Assembly (NCBI RefSeq): GCF_006345805.1
Contig: NC_043009.1
Coordinates: 34,224,001 to 34,288,000 of the forward strand
Direction: 5' to 3'
DNA length: 64,000 bases
Origin: Octopus sinensis
Lineage: Eukaryota
Numbering within the stretch: position 1 is the stretch's first letter; the number at the start of each line of letters is the position of its first letter. The translations under genes were made by a program, and so were the position numbers. Below, piece after piece: positions 63,405 through 64,000 of this stretch. The notes below the pieces were generated by a model that was not told the origin of the DNA, did no database searches, and worked only from the letters and a program-made list of their open reading frames with translations.

Positions 63405-63985
63405 TAGGTGCAGGAGTGGCTGTGTGATAAGAAGCTTGCTTCCCAACCACATGGTTGTGGGTTCAGTCGCACTGCCTGGCACCTTGGGCAAGTGTCTTCT
63501 TCTATAGACTCGGGTCGACCAAAGCCTTATGAGGGGATTTGGTAGACAGAAACTGAAAGAAGCCCGTCATATACATACATATATATATATGTGTGTGTGT
63601 GTCTGTGTTTGTCACCCCACTATTGCTTGAAAACTTATGTTGGTATGTTTACATCCCCGTAACTTAGTGGTTTGGCCTAAGAGACCGATAGAATAAGTAC
63701 TAGGCTTACAAAGAACAAGTCCTGGGGTTGATTTGTTCAACTAAATGTGGTGCTCCAGCATGGCCACAATCAAATGACTGAAACAAATAAAAGAAAAGAA
63801 TACACACACACACACACACACAGGCACATAGGTGTGGCTGTGGTAAAAAGCTTGCTTCTCAACCACATGGTTCTGGGCTCAGTCCCACTGCATGAAACAT
63901 TGGGCAAGTGTCTTCTGCCATAGCCTTGGGCTGACCAAAGCCTTGTGAGTGGATTTTGTCAATGGAAACTGAAATAAGCCAGTTT
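63405..63985 (+). mobile_element. Two tandem SINEs (63405-63800 full length; 63822-63985 5' part)
   Basis: 6203-6624 family in plus orientation. Confidence 0.9.
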
Positions 63986-64000
63986 GTGTGTTTGTTTATA

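Overview
AT-rich, repeat-saturated animal genomic DNA. The SINE, RTE-tail and microsatellite families look like those of Octopus; this species call is my inference from recognising the repeats and was not searched. There is no long intact host ORF. Almost every ORF-track entry is a translated microsatellite, a SINE, or a broken transposon frame. The window is a nested mobile-element graveyard: tRNA-derived SINEs (three families), RTE, R4/Dong-like and Tx1/L1 LINE fragments, a dead Ty3/Gypsy, mariner, Chapaev3-like, hAT (with TIRs and 8-bp TSD), a Helitron deletion derivative and three copies of a GG-terminal MITE with 8-bp TSDs. The most notable signal is a set of minimal type I hammerhead-ribozyme (HHR) motifs of the kind known from Penelope-like elements (PLEs). 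Several sit in or at the centre of long palindromes, and one has a fully canonical core (41489-41535). Two weak host-gene starts with candidate microexons may point outward from the window ends (minus strand near 121-1490, plus strand near 55300-55533). All coordinates were counted by eye and may be off by a few bases at diverged boundaries.
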